IMG/VR virus record: IMGVR_UViG_3300048631_000217
Source of the DNA: a virus
Taxonomy: Duplodnaviria; Caudoviricetes
Direction: 5' to 3' (one strand)
DNA length: 64,000 nt
Below are positions 1 through 9,808 of the stretch, one piece after another (the stretch's first letter is position 1; every line of letters starts with the position of its first letter). A program made the position numbers and the translations under genes. Under the pieces are notes generated by a model. The model was not told the origin of the DNA and made no database searches. It worked only from the letters and a program-made list of their open reading frames with translations.

Positions 1-206
1 GCCTTTTCACTGTAATTAAGGTTCTCTTCCAATACCTTGAATTCAGAACTTTCATAGGCACATTGGGACAGGAACCCGGCAACCCTTTCGGGGGTCGTAA
101 TATCGTATTGTGGTAACAATTCTAATGCAATAATGTACCATTCACCGACTTCTTTATTGGTCGGAATGGCGGACTTCATATGTTCTAAGGTGAACTCAAA
201 TTCCAT
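1..206 (-). CDS. GH19-family endolysin, N-terminal part (runs off window edge; not in ORF track)
   Basis: Manual translation from ATG 206: MEFEFTLEHMKSAIPTNKEVGEWYIIALELLPQYDITTPERVAGFLSQCAYESSEFKVLEENLNYSEK; matches GH19 phage lysin motif RxAxFLxQCxHESxxFxxLxENLNYS. Confidence 0.8.
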   Translation of the reverse strand, partial: MEFEFTLEHMKSAIPTNKEVGEWYIIALELLPQYDITTPERVAGFLSQCAYESSEFKVLEENLNYSEK

Positions 207-214
207 GATTACAC

Positions 215-1459
215 TCAATACTTGATGATTTTGTTTGGGGTTCTGAAATTGGCCTTGCGCATGATAGTTTTCATTACAACATCAATCTCGTCATTACGTG
301 AATCGTATTCTACGGCTACGGGGATATTCAGGTTCTTTTGAATGTCTTTTAGAACGGCTTCGGCACCGACAATTCCCTTCAGTTTACGTCCTTGGGACGC
401 ATAGATACGTTTGATGAATTCTGCCAATTCCTTTAAGGTAATACATGGGTCATTCCGCCCATGGGAAAGACGTTCACCGAAATGCTTCGTGAATTCGAAG
501 TCGATTCCATACTTCTTGAAAAGCTGATCCACGACACTTTCGAAACGCTTCATCTGTTCCCTTGTCACAAGGGCACATGAATTCTCTTCGAATAGGTCAT
601 TGACTTCCGATTCGGTACGATAGGTTTCGAAACCCTCGGGCACTCCATATGTCTTGGTATAGAGGTTGGCCAATTCACGGGGACCGATGCTGAGGTTGAA
701 TGACCGGGTGATATCGAAGGCATATCCTTGGATAGATTGACGGGCACCTTTCGAAGACACCATCTTGTTCAAGGCGTCCAATGCTTTTTTGATGATATCG
801 TTTTTCGGGTCAGGTTTCTTGTTGCTGCCCTTGCCGCTACGGTAATAGGCATCTTCCCAATTCTCATTCAAACTGGCATTCTCGGACTCCACGACATATT
901 GTGCGAAGTCTGCCAACTCGTAATCGGTCATTTCGTCAACCTTCTTACGGAAGATCTTGAATCTCTTGTCAGTCTTTACCTTTCCGTCCTTTTCCATCAT
1001 CTGATGTGGACGTTTTAGCGGGACATGGCTTTCAAACGCCAGTTCAAACGCTTCATTGACCGATTTACGGAAAAGCTTGGAATTGTCCTTGCGTCGGACA
1101 TTCGGCATAAGACGTGTGGCGATACGGGAAAGGGCTTTCTTGCGTTTCGAAACTCTCTGGTCAATTGTCATCTTCTGACCAATCGACAAGTTCTTGTAAT
1201 CCTTGCCGCCGACTTTGCTTCGCACCAGATTGATAGCCGCTCTACGCGACCGTTTACCTAGCCGTTTCTTGTCGGCTTTGCGACGATCCTGTCTCTTGCG
1301 GCCAATCTCCAAACGCCTCTTGAAGCGGCGCATGGTGCGCGAGCGGCGCTTGCGTTCGGAATATCCGACAGCTTCTTCAACGGCTTCGCTCTCTGGATTG
1401 ATCACGACTTCCGTATCCTTTTGCTTTTTCTTGGCATCTTTTTTCTTGTCTTTTTCCAT
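215..1459 (-). CDS. Basic putative virion/internal protein with possible C-terminal RNase-like domain
   Basis: Arg/Lys-rich N-terminal half; VEE/VNE/LNE sites; C-terminal FTKHFGERL...VVMKTIMRK; late-promoter-like ATAAATA at 1495-1501. Confidence 0.45.
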   Translation of the reverse strand: MEKDKKKDAKKKQKDTEVVINPESEAVEEAVGYSERKRRSRTMRRFKRRLEIGRKRQDRRKADKKRLGKRSRRAAINLVRSKVGGKDYKNLSIGQKMTIDQRVSKRKKALSRIATRLMPNVRRKDNSKLFRKSVNEAFELAFESHVPLKRPHQMMEKDGKVKTDKRFKIFRKKVDEMTDYELADFAQYVVESENASLNENWEDAYYRSGKGSNKKPDPKNDIIKKALDALNKMVSSKGARQSIQGYAFDITRSFNLSIGPRELANLYTKTYGVPEGFETYRTESEVNDLFEENSCALVTREQMKRFESVVDQLFKKYGIDFEFTKHFGERLSHGRNDPCITLKELAEFIKRIYASQGRKLKGIVGAEAVLKDIQKNLNIPVAVEYDSRNDEIDVVMKTIMRKANFRTPNKIIKY

Positions 1460-1497
1460 GATAGGTGATATCCTGAATTGATGTATTTCTATCTTAT

Positions 1498-2157
1498 TTA
1501 TCTAACACGGTATCCCAAAGACTTGATAAGGTCTTTGCCGATTGTGTCGTTGATGGCGTCTATCTGTTTGCGGGTCAGGTATTGAGGCTTCTGAAGTTCG
1601 TAAGCCTCTTTCATGCGTTCCGTGAAATTCCGGGATTGCGAGACTTCACCGGGCATGACCAACCGCCAGCCGTCAACAGGTCTCTTGAACCCCATGGGTT
1701 TCGCCAAACTGTTCAGGAAATAGTCAAGTTCAAGATCATCTAACAGATCTTCGTATCGGATATACCTGACAGGGTAATCGCACCCATTGACACACCAGTT
1801 ACATGCCCAATCCCGATATGTTTTTGCAAGATTGATGATATTCAACCTTTCTTCTCCTAGCAGGTAATCTTCGGAAACGTCTCGCTCATCTGCCGGATAG
1901 TCTGTCTGTCGATATAGCCAATCGACATGATTGCGGATACATAGAGATTCTACCCACAGATAGGGGTTCTTGCGGATACAGAATATCAGACAATAGGGAT
2001 TGATGATTTCCGGTTCATAAGGTTCTATAGAGTGCTTCCAAGCCTCACTCTGACGATTCAGGTTACGACTATTGAAGTTTCGCCATAGCAGTTCGGACAG
2101 GTAATTGGTCCCTGTTCTTTGCAATCCGAAGATGTAGTTGTTTTTGACCATACCCAA
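1498..2157 (-). CDS. Sulfotransferase-like protein
   Basis: GLQRTGTNYL (PAPS 5'-phosphosulfate loop), WKH, IRKNPYLWVES, IRYEDLL. Confidence 0.7.
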   Translation of the reverse strand: MGMVKNNYIFGLQRTGTNYLSELLWRNFNSRNLNRQSEAWKHSIEPYEPEIINPYCLIFCIRKNPYLWVESLCIRNHVDWLYRQTDYPADERDVSEDYLLGEERLNIINLAKTYRDWACNWCVNGCDYPVRYIRYEDLLDDLELDYFLNSLAKPMGFKRPVDGWRLVMPGEVSQSRNFTERMKEAYELQKPQYLTRKQIDAINDTIGKDLIKSLGYRVR

Positions 2158-2184
2158 TCCCCTTTACAGGTAATTAGGGAATAA

Positions 2185-2210
2185 GAAAAGCCGGGGATAA
2201 TACCCCGGCC
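2185..2210 (-). terminator. Intrinsic terminator
   Basis: GCCGGGG-TATTAT-CCCCGGC followed by TTTTC on minus strand. Confidence 0.7.
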
Positions 2211-2214
2211 CACT

Positions 2215-2367
2215 TCATTCAAATTGTCTCATTTTTTCAAGAATTTCTTCTCTGACATGTTCGACAGTTTCGCCTCTGTATTCCGCCCTTTGAATAATGG
2301 CGGCAATCTCGTGGTAGGCTCTTAACTGTCTCGCAATAACAAATCGTTTGAAAAATCTTCGTAACAT
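2215..2367 (-). CDS. Small hypothetical protein (50 aa; not in ORF track)
   Basis: MLRRFFKRFVIARQLRAYHEIAAIIQRAEYRGETVEHVREEILEKMRQFE; GGAG RBS and CTAAATA upstream, terminator downstream. Confidence 0.6.
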   Translation of the reverse strand: MLRRFFKRFVIARQLRAYHEIAAIIQRAEYRGETVEHVREEILEKMRQFE

Positions 2368-2510
2368 TAACTACTCCGTATTTAGGTTATCCTCCCATTT
2401 TATCTAATTCTGGATTGAGCCATGCTTGGGCTTCTGATTTCTTGGCAAACCCGATAGCAATCAATGCGCCATCATTGCGGACCACCGCTCGCACGTTTCT
2501 GGATATCTTA

Positions 2511-2756
2511 CTAAAGAATGTCAAGCACTGATTGCAACATACCATAAACTTTTTTGAGAAAACTTCTTCTAGGTTTCCAGTAGAGGTGTTTGCATCTGTC
2601 TACGGCAAATGATGCCGTAATTGGTAGATATCCCTGCACCGGATCGAATTCAAGAAACTTCTCGAATGTGCAGGAACGGCCATCGTAAAATCGACAGGTT
2701 CGGCAACAGACCGTGATAGGTTTTTTCATGTTACCTGTCCAGCCTCGTTTTCGCAA
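2511..2756 (-). CDS. Small Cys-rich hypothetical protein
   Basis: CCRTCRFY...C...C; co-oriented with neighbours; true start may be MKKP. Confidence 0.45.
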   Translation of the reverse strand: MRKRGWTGNMKKPITVCCRTCRFYDGRSCTFEKFLEFDPVQGYLPITASFAVDRCKHLYWKPRRSFLKKVYGMLQSVLDIL

Positions 2757-3495
2757 TCGCGATATACGTCTCGTCTATGTCCATACCTATCCCACTGTGT
2801 CCCAGTTCTTTGGCGGCAACAAGCGTAGTTCCTGAACCGACAAACGGGTCTAATACAACACCATCAGTTTTACCGTGCATCTTTATACACCTCTTCGGCA
2901 ATTCTAAAGGGAATCCTGCCGGATGATTGAATTTTCCATCCTTATTATTAACTGTTTGATAAGGAATATACCACACATTTCCGGCACATCTTTTGTCTTG
3001 GGAATGACCTCTGCGATTTATATTTGACTTGTCTTTGAATGGAACACCGATAGAAAGCTTGTCAATATATACCTTATTTGATTTGGTAAAATGGAAGATG
3101 TTTTCATGATTGTTGTTAAGGAACCTCTTACTATTGATAGGCTTGAAATGACCTATCGTGTCATTATTCACTGATATAGACTTTACCCAACATATCCTGT
3201 TTTGGAGATAAAAATCTTCTCGGAATATAGACGCCACATCTTGAGTAATCCATGGGTCTTTACAAGTATCGCCTATATTAAGGAAAAGTGACCCATCATC
3301 AATCAAAACACGTTTAATTGCTAAAGAAACTTCTTTCATCCATTTTAGATAATCGTTTCTAGTTTTGTTATCATCATATACGCCATAACCTATGCCAATG
3401 TTATAAGGTGGTGATGTGATGACGATATCTACCGTTTTTTCGGCTAATTCGTTCATATTGGTGACACAATCGCCATTTATTAATAAATGATACAT
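2731..3495 (-). CDS. DNA amino-methyltransferase, beta class (probably N4-cytosine)
   Basis: TSPPY catalytic motif, HPAGFP, VLDPFVGSGTT SAM-binding motif. Confidence 0.9.
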   Translation of the reverse strand: MYHLLINGDCVTNMNELAEKTVDIVITSPPYNIGIGYGVYDDNKTRNDYLKWMKEVSLAIKRVLIDDGSLFLNIGDTCKDPWITQDVASIFREDFYLQNRICWVKSISVNNDTIGHFKPINSKRFLNNNHENIFHFTKSNKVYIDKLSIGVPFKDKSNINRRGHSQDKRCAGNVWYIPYQTVNNKDGKFNHPAGFPLELPKRCIKMHGKTDGVVLDPFVGSGTTLVAAKELGHSGIGMDIDETYIAIAKTRLDR

Positions 3496-3515
3496 TACCC
3501 TACCACTTACCTCGA

Positions 3516-3677
3516 CTACACCCGCCCCATTCTATCGAAGACCAGTTCCACGAATGAATAGGGGGCACCGGACAGTTCCATAGCCTTCGAAAGCATGTCA
3601 GGTTTGGACAGGCCATCGACCTTGACACTATCCAAAGCCTGACGAATTAAGTCACCTACAGTCAGTTTGTCATCCAC
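3516..3677 (-). CDS. Small hypothetical protein (53 aa, GTG start; not in ORF track)
   Basis: MDDKLTVGDLIRQALDSVKVDGLSKPDMLSKAMELSGAPYSFVELVFDRMGRV fills the gap between two minus-strand genes. Confidence 0.45.
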   Translation of the reverse strand: MDDKLTVGDLIRQALDSVKVDGLSKPDMLSKAMELSGAPYSFVELVFDRMGRV

Positions 3678-3894
3678 GTTTTGATCCCTCACACAGTTTC
3701 CGATATTCGTTAATCTTCATAGTAACGGTCGTATCACACGCCGCGCCCATGAATTCCTTCTTTGTCTCGCCATAGAGTAGGGTCATGTATTCACTGATTC
3801 CTATCGTTATCAATGGTTCGGGCGGATCGACCCAGAGCCGATAGGCAACCAATGCCACGCCAATCCCCACCACCAGAAGAACAAGACTCAACAT
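3670..3894 (-). CDS. Small protein with N-terminal transmembrane segment
   Basis: MLSLVLLVVGIGVALVAY hydrophobic helix. Confidence 0.55.
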   Translation of the reverse strand: MLSLVLLVVGIGVALVAYRLWVDPPEPLITIGISEYMTLLYGETKKEFMGAACDTTVTMKINEYRKLCEGSKRG

Positions 3895-4550
3895 TCCGAA
3901 AATCCCTTGATGATCCGTTCCGTTTCGTTCTGGACATACCGGGGATACTTTATCACATTCAGGTCATCGGTCATAGTGACATAATCACCCCACTTTTCGA
4001 CCGATACAGTATCCCATTGACTCGTAATGAGATTTTTCAGTCTCTGGGAAGCCCCGGCGGATAGGATCGGGGTATCAAGACTGTCTGCATACACAGACAG
4101 GATGTACCATGACAGCGCAGAGTCGATATCCAAATCCGACACTTCTTTATCCAAAAACGACATCAGATAGTCCGTAATGACCATCTTTTCAAGATTGTAT
4201 GCGTCAATTTCCCATTCCCTTTCAAGATACGGAACCCTAACAGGTTGGCCCATCCACAATTGAGGTTCCGTTTGGGTCAACCACCTTTCAGAGTATTGTT
4301 TGACATGAACTATTTCATGTATCAATGTGTGAATGGTTTCTGACCACCCTAGGCGTCTATTTATCTCGATATAGCCGGTCGAAGTCTGTTCACAGTAATC
4401 GGCATACCCTTTGGCACCCTTTTCTAACCCTATGAAGTCTATCACCAACAAGTCAATATCCGGTTCCAATAGGTTAAGAGTGAAGTCCGCTATAGAGTTA
4501 AAATCTTCTTTCACAAATCTTTTTGGGAATCCATTGACGACATATATCAA
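3888..4550 (-). CDS. HExxH (SprT/zincin-like) metallopeptidase fused to a degenerate LigA-Ia-like domain
   Basis: TLIHEIVHVKQY...PYLEREWEIDAY; C-terminal WYILSVYADSLDTPILS resembles 11421-11762; start placed at TTG overlapping the gp41 stop (ORF track extends to 4637). Confidence 0.7.
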   Translation of the reverse strand: MIYVVNGFPKRFVKEDFNSIADFTLNLLEPDIDLLVIDFIGLEKGAKGYADYCEQTSTGYIEINRRLGWSETIHTLIHEIVHVKQYSERWLTQTEPQLWMGQPVRVPYLEREWEIDAYNLEKMVITDYLMSFLDKEVSDLDIDSALSWYILSVYADSLDTPILSAGASQRLKNLITSQWDTVSVEKWGDYVTMTDDLNVIKYPRYVQNETERIIKGFSEC

Positions 4551-5905
4551 CTGAACCCCCCGAACTTCGGTTTCGGTTTGTCGTCGTAATCCCGTGTACC
4601 GGCATCCGTCAACTCGTCTTGTGCAGATAGATCGCAATCATACAACCGCATCTTGGCCCGGTCAATACCCACCACGAACCGCTTGTAGTAGTTGATATCC
4701 CCCCATCGGTTCTTGAGTTGCTTAACCATGATCTGTTGCAGATTCTCCAATTCTTCTGTTGACATCAACCCTAGGAACAAGTCTGCGGTAGCCGGTAGAC
4801 CGAATGATTCTGAGGTATCCCCCAATTCAAGGTCAGACGATTGATACCCCGATCTGGTCGTTTGTGTCGCGCTGATGACAGGCACGTTGAATTCTACCGC
4901 CAAACCCCGAAGTTCTTCGGCAATGGCCTTGATATAGGTGTAGCTGTTGACATTCGGCGATGACTTCAGACGGGAAGATGTGCAAATATTCAGGTAGTCA
5001 ATGTAGATGATATCGGGGATGAAGTTCTTCTTCAACCTCAATTCATTCAACAGAAACCGGAAATGGTTGGCCCCGGCACTTGCTGTCGGATATTCCTTGA
5101 CAACAAGCTTGCCGGTAGTTTTCGATTTGACCCTTTCAATTTTTGATTCAAAGGTTTTACGATCAAGACGGCGTAACTCGTCAACCGTCACGTCAAGTAG
5201 ATTGGCGTCTATACGTTCGGAGATACGTTCTTCTGCCATTTCCATAGTGATGTAAAGGACGTTGTGCCCCATCATCATGTTGGCCGCAGCACAATGGCAC
5301 ATGAAGAGAGTTTTCCCGATGCCAGTGCCTGCAAGAATAATCGAGATAGATTTCCGAGAAACCCCGCCTTTTGTAATTTTGTTAAGGATATCAATGTCAA
5401 AAGGTATCTTATCTTCTTTGGTCCTGTAGAAGTCAAACCGTTCGCTGGCATTCTCGATATAATCGTGGCCGATTGAGGAATCGAAAGATACCCCCAAAGC
5501 GTCGGACAGGATTTGTGGAATCGCGCCACGGTCAAGACTCTTATCCTCTTCGTCTAGGATCAAGATCGACTTGCGCACCGCGTTGTAAATCGCCCGATCC
5601 TGACAGAACTTTTCTGTAGCCTCTACCAACCATTCTTGATTGGTTTTGGGGTCATAGGACAGGCTTTCAATGATACCTTTCGCCTTCTCGAACCCGTCTT
5701 GATTGAGAGTCGTAACTTCCCCCAAAGCGATATTCAAAACATCCTTGGTGGGTAGTGAGTTGTATTTCTGAATGTAGTCACGAGACATTTCGAAGACAAG
5801 GCGATATTCCCTATCCTCGAAATAGTCTTCTGAAATGAACGGCAACACCTTCCGGGCATAGTCTTCATTATCAACAAGCCCGGAAAGGATCGAATTTTCA
5901 ATCAA
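4547..5905 (-). CDS. gp41: Replicative DNA helicase
   Basis: AGTGIGKT, YITMEMAEE, IDYLNIC, SATQTTRSG, SESFGLPATAD. Confidence 0.96.
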   Translation of the reverse strand: MIENSILSGLVDNEDYARKVLPFISEDYFEDREYRLVFEMSRDYIQKYNSLPTKDVLNIALGEVTTLNQDGFEKAKGIIESLSYDPKTNQEWLVEATEKFCQDRAIYNAVRKSILILDEEDKSLDRGAIPQILSDALGVSFDSSIGHDYIENASERFDFYRTKEDKIPFDIDILNKITKGGVSRKSISIILAGTGIGKTLFMCHCAAANMMMGHNVLYITMEMAEERISERIDANLLDVTVDELRRLDRKTFESKIERVKSKTTGKLVVKEYPTASAGANHFRFLLNELRLKKNFIPDIIYIDYLNICTSSRLKSSPNVNSYTYIKAIAEELRGLAVEFNVPVISATQTTRSGYQSSDLELGDTSESFGLPATADLFLGLMSTEELENLQQIMVKQLKNRWGDINYYKRFVVGIDRAKMRLYDCDLSAQDELTDAGTRDYDDKPKPKFGGFS

Positions 5906-6573
5906 TCGTCAATCCTTCTATAAAACACTTCCTTGCCTGACCGCTTGATCAATTCCATACCCGGCAAGAGGGTTCTGACACCTTCGTAATCACCGGAATC
6001 CACGTCTATCAAGGCATATCGGAATTGCGACAAGATATCAGAAGACCCGGCAAGCACAAGCTTTTCCGCACCCTCTACGTCTATTTTGACGACAATATCC
6101 CCTGCGATACCAAGACGATCAAGACGAAAACCGGCAACGGATATTCGGCTATGCTCGTACCGTACAAGAGAATGGTGCCCGCTATATCGACCAACATTTA
6201 AGATACACTCCCCTTCAGAGTCGGTTGCACATCCGGGGATAATCGTCACGTTGTCGAAACTATTCAGGTCAACGGATTTCCGAAGCCAAGACAGGTTGTC
6301 AGGATGCGGCTCGATAGAGAACACCCTACCTGCATATCTGGCAGCATGTAAGGTGAAATCGCCCTTGTTTGCCCCAACGTCAATGAAGGTAATATCCTTC
6401 GTCAAAACACTTGACAGAAATCGGAACTTCTCGACCTCATAGTTTTCGGCGGCGCGAGCCTTCATCATGGGGGATTCTGAGGTATCCAGATAGATTTTGA
6501 ACCCGTAGGTTTCGTATATCTCGAACCCCATCAATCCCCCATATGCCTTGAAATCACATTGACCAATTCCCAA
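5902..6573 (-). CDS. FkbM-family SAM-dependent methyltransferase
   Basis: FIDVGANKG, IEPHP, VKIDVEGAE; true start may be MGFEIY. Confidence 0.85.
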   Translation of the reverse strand: MGIGQCDFKAYGGLMGFEIYETYGFKIYLDTSESPMMKARAAENYEVEKFRFLSSVLTKDITFIDVGANKGDFTLHAARYAGRVFSIEPHPDNLSWLRKSVDLNSFDNVTIIPGCATDSEGECILNVGRYSGHHSLVRYEHSRISVAGFRLDRLGIAGDIVVKIDVEGAEKLVLAGSSDILSQFRYALIDVDSGDYEGVRTLLPGMELIKRSGKEVFYRRIDD

Positions 6574-6694
6574 TACAAAGCCGTCTGACCATTACTCAAT
6601 CCCTTGACTTCATCGACCTTCTCGCAAAGGTCATATATCATTTCCCCAAAGATGTATGATATGTCACTAACCTTTCGGGACGGTATTTGTTCCT

Positions 6695-7462
6695 TCATTT
6701 CAGAAATTCTCCGAGATTTGTATAAGCTTCTTTGATACGGGATTGACAGGTTTCGAAATACGTATCGTCTATTTCGATACCGACGAAGTTACGATCCGTG
6801 CGGCCTGCGGCAACACCCGTACTACCAGAACCCATGGTGAAGTCCAGAACCGTTTCGTTTTCATTCGTGAATGTTCTGATAAGGTATTCTAGTAACGCAA
6901 CAGGCTTTTGGGTCGGATGAAATGTCGCATTCTCTGAGGCAAATTCAAGGATGCTTTTGGGATAGTTGGTCTTGGTTTGTTTGTAAGCGGGTCTACCTTT
7001 CCCCGGCGCATGTTTAGATCTGATGGGTCTGACAGGCCGTTCCACGTCGATATCGACCAAACCTTGCGGGTTGTATGTCATGGGGTTCTTGGCATTCTTG
7101 GACGTTCCTCCCCACGAAAACACCACGATATCTTCATGTTCCGTAAGGAAACGATAGGGGGCTTGTGGGAAATTGGCGGCGCGGCTCTTGCGCCAGACAA
7201 GGGTATACTTGAACATGTCCAGATTGGACAGGATCATCTTTGACATGAACGGTTGCACCGCCGTCATGACCACCGTTCCGAAAGGCTTCAGAACCCTTTC
7301 AAGTTCCGGCCACAGCCTGTCAAACGGAACGATAGCATCCCATCCAATCACTGTTGTTCCGTAAGGGGGGTCTGTCAGTATCAAGTCTACTGAATTGTCT
7401 GGAAGTTTCGGTAACACTTCCAGACAATCCCCCTTGTGTAAGCTATATTCACTCATACTCAA
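6695..7462 (-). CDS. DNA N6-adenine methyltransferase, beta class
   Basis: TDPPY, HPTQKP, VLDFTMGSGSTG. Confidence 0.9.
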   Translation of the reverse strand: MSMSEYSLHKGDCLEVLPKLPDNSVDLILTDPPYGTTVIGWDAIVPFDRLWPELERVLKPFGTVVMTAVQPFMSKMILSNLDMFKYTLVWRKSRAANFPQAPYRFLTEHEDIVVFSWGGTSKNAKNPMTYNPQGLVDIDVERPVRPIRSKHAPGKGRPAYKQTKTNYPKSILEFASENATFHPTQKPVALLEYLIRTFTNENETVLDFTMGSGSTGVAAGRTDRNFVGIEIDDTYFETCQSRIKEAYTNLGEFLK

Positions 7463-8513
7463 TCACGCTATCATCGAACAGTTTAACGCCCTCATTTGAC
7501 AGGGTATAGGCTTCGTTAATTTTCTTAGGAAATTCTGTCTCGGTCAACAGGTATTTCCAGTATTCAGCATCTTCCTCTAACTCAGCCTTCCGATAATTCT
7601 TCTCATCAGTGATTTCGCCCGTGTCACCATTGACCTTGTTATACCAACCCTGTTTCGGCTTGTGGATATACCCGAGTGCTAGGGCTAGGTCAAACAGTCC
7701 CGACCATTTTTTCACGCCCCCTGAGAACGATACCGAAATCGGAATTTTCGACCCCTCGCGAACGTGACGCGACTTCTCGATATTGATGATGAAGTCGTAT
7801 CCGGTAATTTCCTTGGTCGCGGTATCCTTGTCCTGTCGCCGCCCGATGATCCAGATAGCATCTGCGGAATAGTAACCGCCCGTGCCGCCACTCACAACGT
7901 CCTTGGCATACATTTCCAACGTCTTGTATGTGTGGTTGATGACAACCATTGGGATGTCTTTGAGGTTCAGGTGTGGCGTGATGATTCGAAAAAGGCTCTT
8001 GAGTTGCTTGGCGCGTGTCATGTCCGCGACAGCCTTTTCGTCAATCGCGTCCTCAACTTCTTTCTTGGATGCAAGGTTGCCGACAGAATCGACAAGGATC
8101 AACAGCTTGTCGCCCTTGACAATTTCTTTTAACTGGTTTGCAATGTCGAACTTGAATTCTTCGATGTTCTCTAATGGTGAGTGAATAACCCGGTCCATGT
8201 CAATCCCGAAACTCTGGAAGTAGGTTTCAGGAGATCCGAACTCGGAATCGTAGAACAGTATATACCCGTCTGGATACTGTTTTTGGAATGCCGCCGCCAT
8301 GATCAAAGCAAAGGCGGTTTTGAAGTGTTTCGAAGGGCCGGCCAACATCAGCATACCCGGCAATAACCCGCCTGACACCTTACCAGACAAGGCAACGTTG
8401 ATCATTGGGACGTTGGTAACGACACTTTCCTTCTTACCAAATACCTCGGAATCCTTGATCATGGATGTTCCCTTGATCTTTGAATTCTTTAACAACTTAT
8501 CGGCTAATGACAT
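7449..8513 (-). CDS. uvsX: RecA-like recombinase
   Basis: LAGPSKHFKT, FYDSEFG, DSVGNLASKKE, ADMTRAK, VVSGGTG. Confidence 0.96.
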   Translation of the reverse strand: MSLADKLLKNSKIKGTSMIKDSEVFGKKESVVTNVPMINVALSGKVSGGLLPGMLMLAGPSKHFKTAFALIMAAAFQKQYPDGYILFYDSEFGSPETYFQSFGIDMDRVIHSPLENIEEFKFDIANQLKEIVKGDKLLILVDSVGNLASKKEVEDAIDEKAVADMTRAKQLKSLFRIITPHLNLKDIPMVVINHTYKTLEMYAKDVVSGGTGGYYSADAIWIIGRRQDKDTATKEITGYDFIINIEKSRHVREGSKIPISVSFSGGVKKWSGLFDLALALGYIHKPKQGWYNKVNGDTGEITDEKNYRKAELEEDAEYWKYLLTETEFPKKINEAYTLSNEGVKLFDDSVIEYE

Positions 8514-8530
8514 AGATACCTCATATTTTG

Positions 8531-8570
8531 AAAAAATTACGGAAGCCCCGTGAGGCTTCCGTTTCTGTTT
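8531..8570. terminator. Intrinsic terminator (possibly bidirectional) closing the 8588-9748 unit
   Basis: ACGGAAGCC-CCGTGA-GGCTTCCGT hairpin (8539-8562) flanked by A- and T-tracts. Confidence 0.75.
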
Positions 8571-8587
8571 AGGGATATGTCGGGGAT

Positions 8588-9748
8588 TTACTTGACCCGG
8601 CAGTTCGTCAGAACCGTTTGACTGATCCCGTTGTAGACCTTGTGTTCCTTGACCGTCCCGTCAAGCACCACATCATCCCCTTCGTCGGCGGTTGCGGCTC
8701 CGGTGAACCACACCATTACATTGCCGTTGTCATCCTTCATCGACAGAAGGTAACGGTCGCCGTAGGCACCACATCCGAGATACACCACCCGCTCAACCCG
8801 CAGTTTCAGACCCCGCAGGCGTTCCTTGACGCTACCGACAAAGGCCGACTGAGCCGCCGCTTTCGCGGTGTTTTCCAACTTGGCCTTTTCCCGAATGGCC
8901 ACCGAAACTGCGGCAACCGCGATCCCAAAGTGGTCAAGGTCGATGTAGTCACCAAGGATGATCAGCCGGGCATTTTCCATGAAATCGTTGTCGAACTTTT
9001 CGTCCTGACGAAACTTTTCCATGGTCATCCGGGCAATTTCCGCGTCCTTTTCGTCGGTATCGACGCGGTATTCCGGGTAGCCCCGCATATCGGCCTTCAC
9101 GTCATCTGCCGTGGTAGAGATACCCTGATCCAGCGCCACTTTCTTCGACACGAAACCGTTCTTCCGAATGTGGGCGGCAGCTTTACTTAGTACGGTTTCG
9201 GTGCGGAAGCTATTGGAACCGAACCCCATGGCCCAATCTTCTTCGTTGCCGATTTCTTCCCGAAGGTCCATGAACATTGCGACCCGCTGAGCAACCGTTT
9301 TCGGATCATCGCAGCCCGTGAAATCCCGAAGGCACGTCCGACCGACCGCGATTTGCTTGCCGTCCTTTTCGAAGACATAGAGATCTTTCCGATAACGGTT
9401 GATCTGGCAATGTTCGCAAAAGGTTCCATGTTCGCGGAACCGGGCGTCAATTTCATGGCCCGGAATGGTGTGGATCAGGCAGTTGCCGTTTTCACCAATC
9501 GGCTCAATCCGGCCCATCAGCTTCCAACCGTCCTGATAGAGCGGTGCGCGACCGACCACGATCAGCGGATAAAAGACCATGGCGATTTTGTCGCCACTCG
9601 GGCCGGTGATCTTGTGGGTTTCGGCTTCACCGAAATGCAGGATGATATCGCCGTTACCGTATTTCTTGGCGCGTTTCTGAAGCTTGGCGACACGCGCCTT
9701 GACGGCCTCGACGCGGCTTGCGGGAACAAGGATGACATCACGAAACAT
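8588..9748 (-). CDS. Hypothetical early protein with putative Zn-binding motif and C-terminal OB-fold-like domain
   Basis: CEHC...GRTC; C-terminal LSMKDDNGNVMVWFT...GTVKEHKVYNGISQTVLT; has own promoter and terminator. Confidence 0.6.
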   Translation of the reverse strand: MFRDVILVPASRVEAVKARVAKLQKRAKKYGNGDIILHFGEAETHKITGPSGDKIAMVFYPLIVVGRAPLYQDGWKLMGRIEPIGENGNCLIHTIPGHEIDARFREHGTFCEHCQINRYRKDLYVFEKDGKQIAVGRTCLRDFTGCDDPKTVAQRVAMFMDLREEIGNEEDWAMGFGSNSFRTETVLSKAAAHIRKNGFVSKKVALDQGISTTADDVKADMRGYPEYRVDTDEKDAEIARMTMEKFRQDEKFDNDFMENARLIILGDYIDLDHFGIAVAAVSVAIREKAKLENTAKAAAQSAFVGSVKERLRGLKLRVERVVYLGCGAYGDRYLLSMKDDNGNVMVWFTGAATADEGDDVVLDGTVKEHKVYNGISQTVLTNCRVK

Positions 9749-9808
9749 GTTGTACCTCTTTTCTATCGCTTACATGATGAATATAGGCGCAAGAAAACGG
9801 TTTGTCAA
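9749..9808 (-). promoter_or_regulatory. Early promoter/leader module, copy 1
   Basis: TTGACA (9808-9803), 17 bp, TATATT (9785-9780), CATCATGTAAGCGATAG, AAAAGAGG RBS, ATG 9748. Confidence 0.85.
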
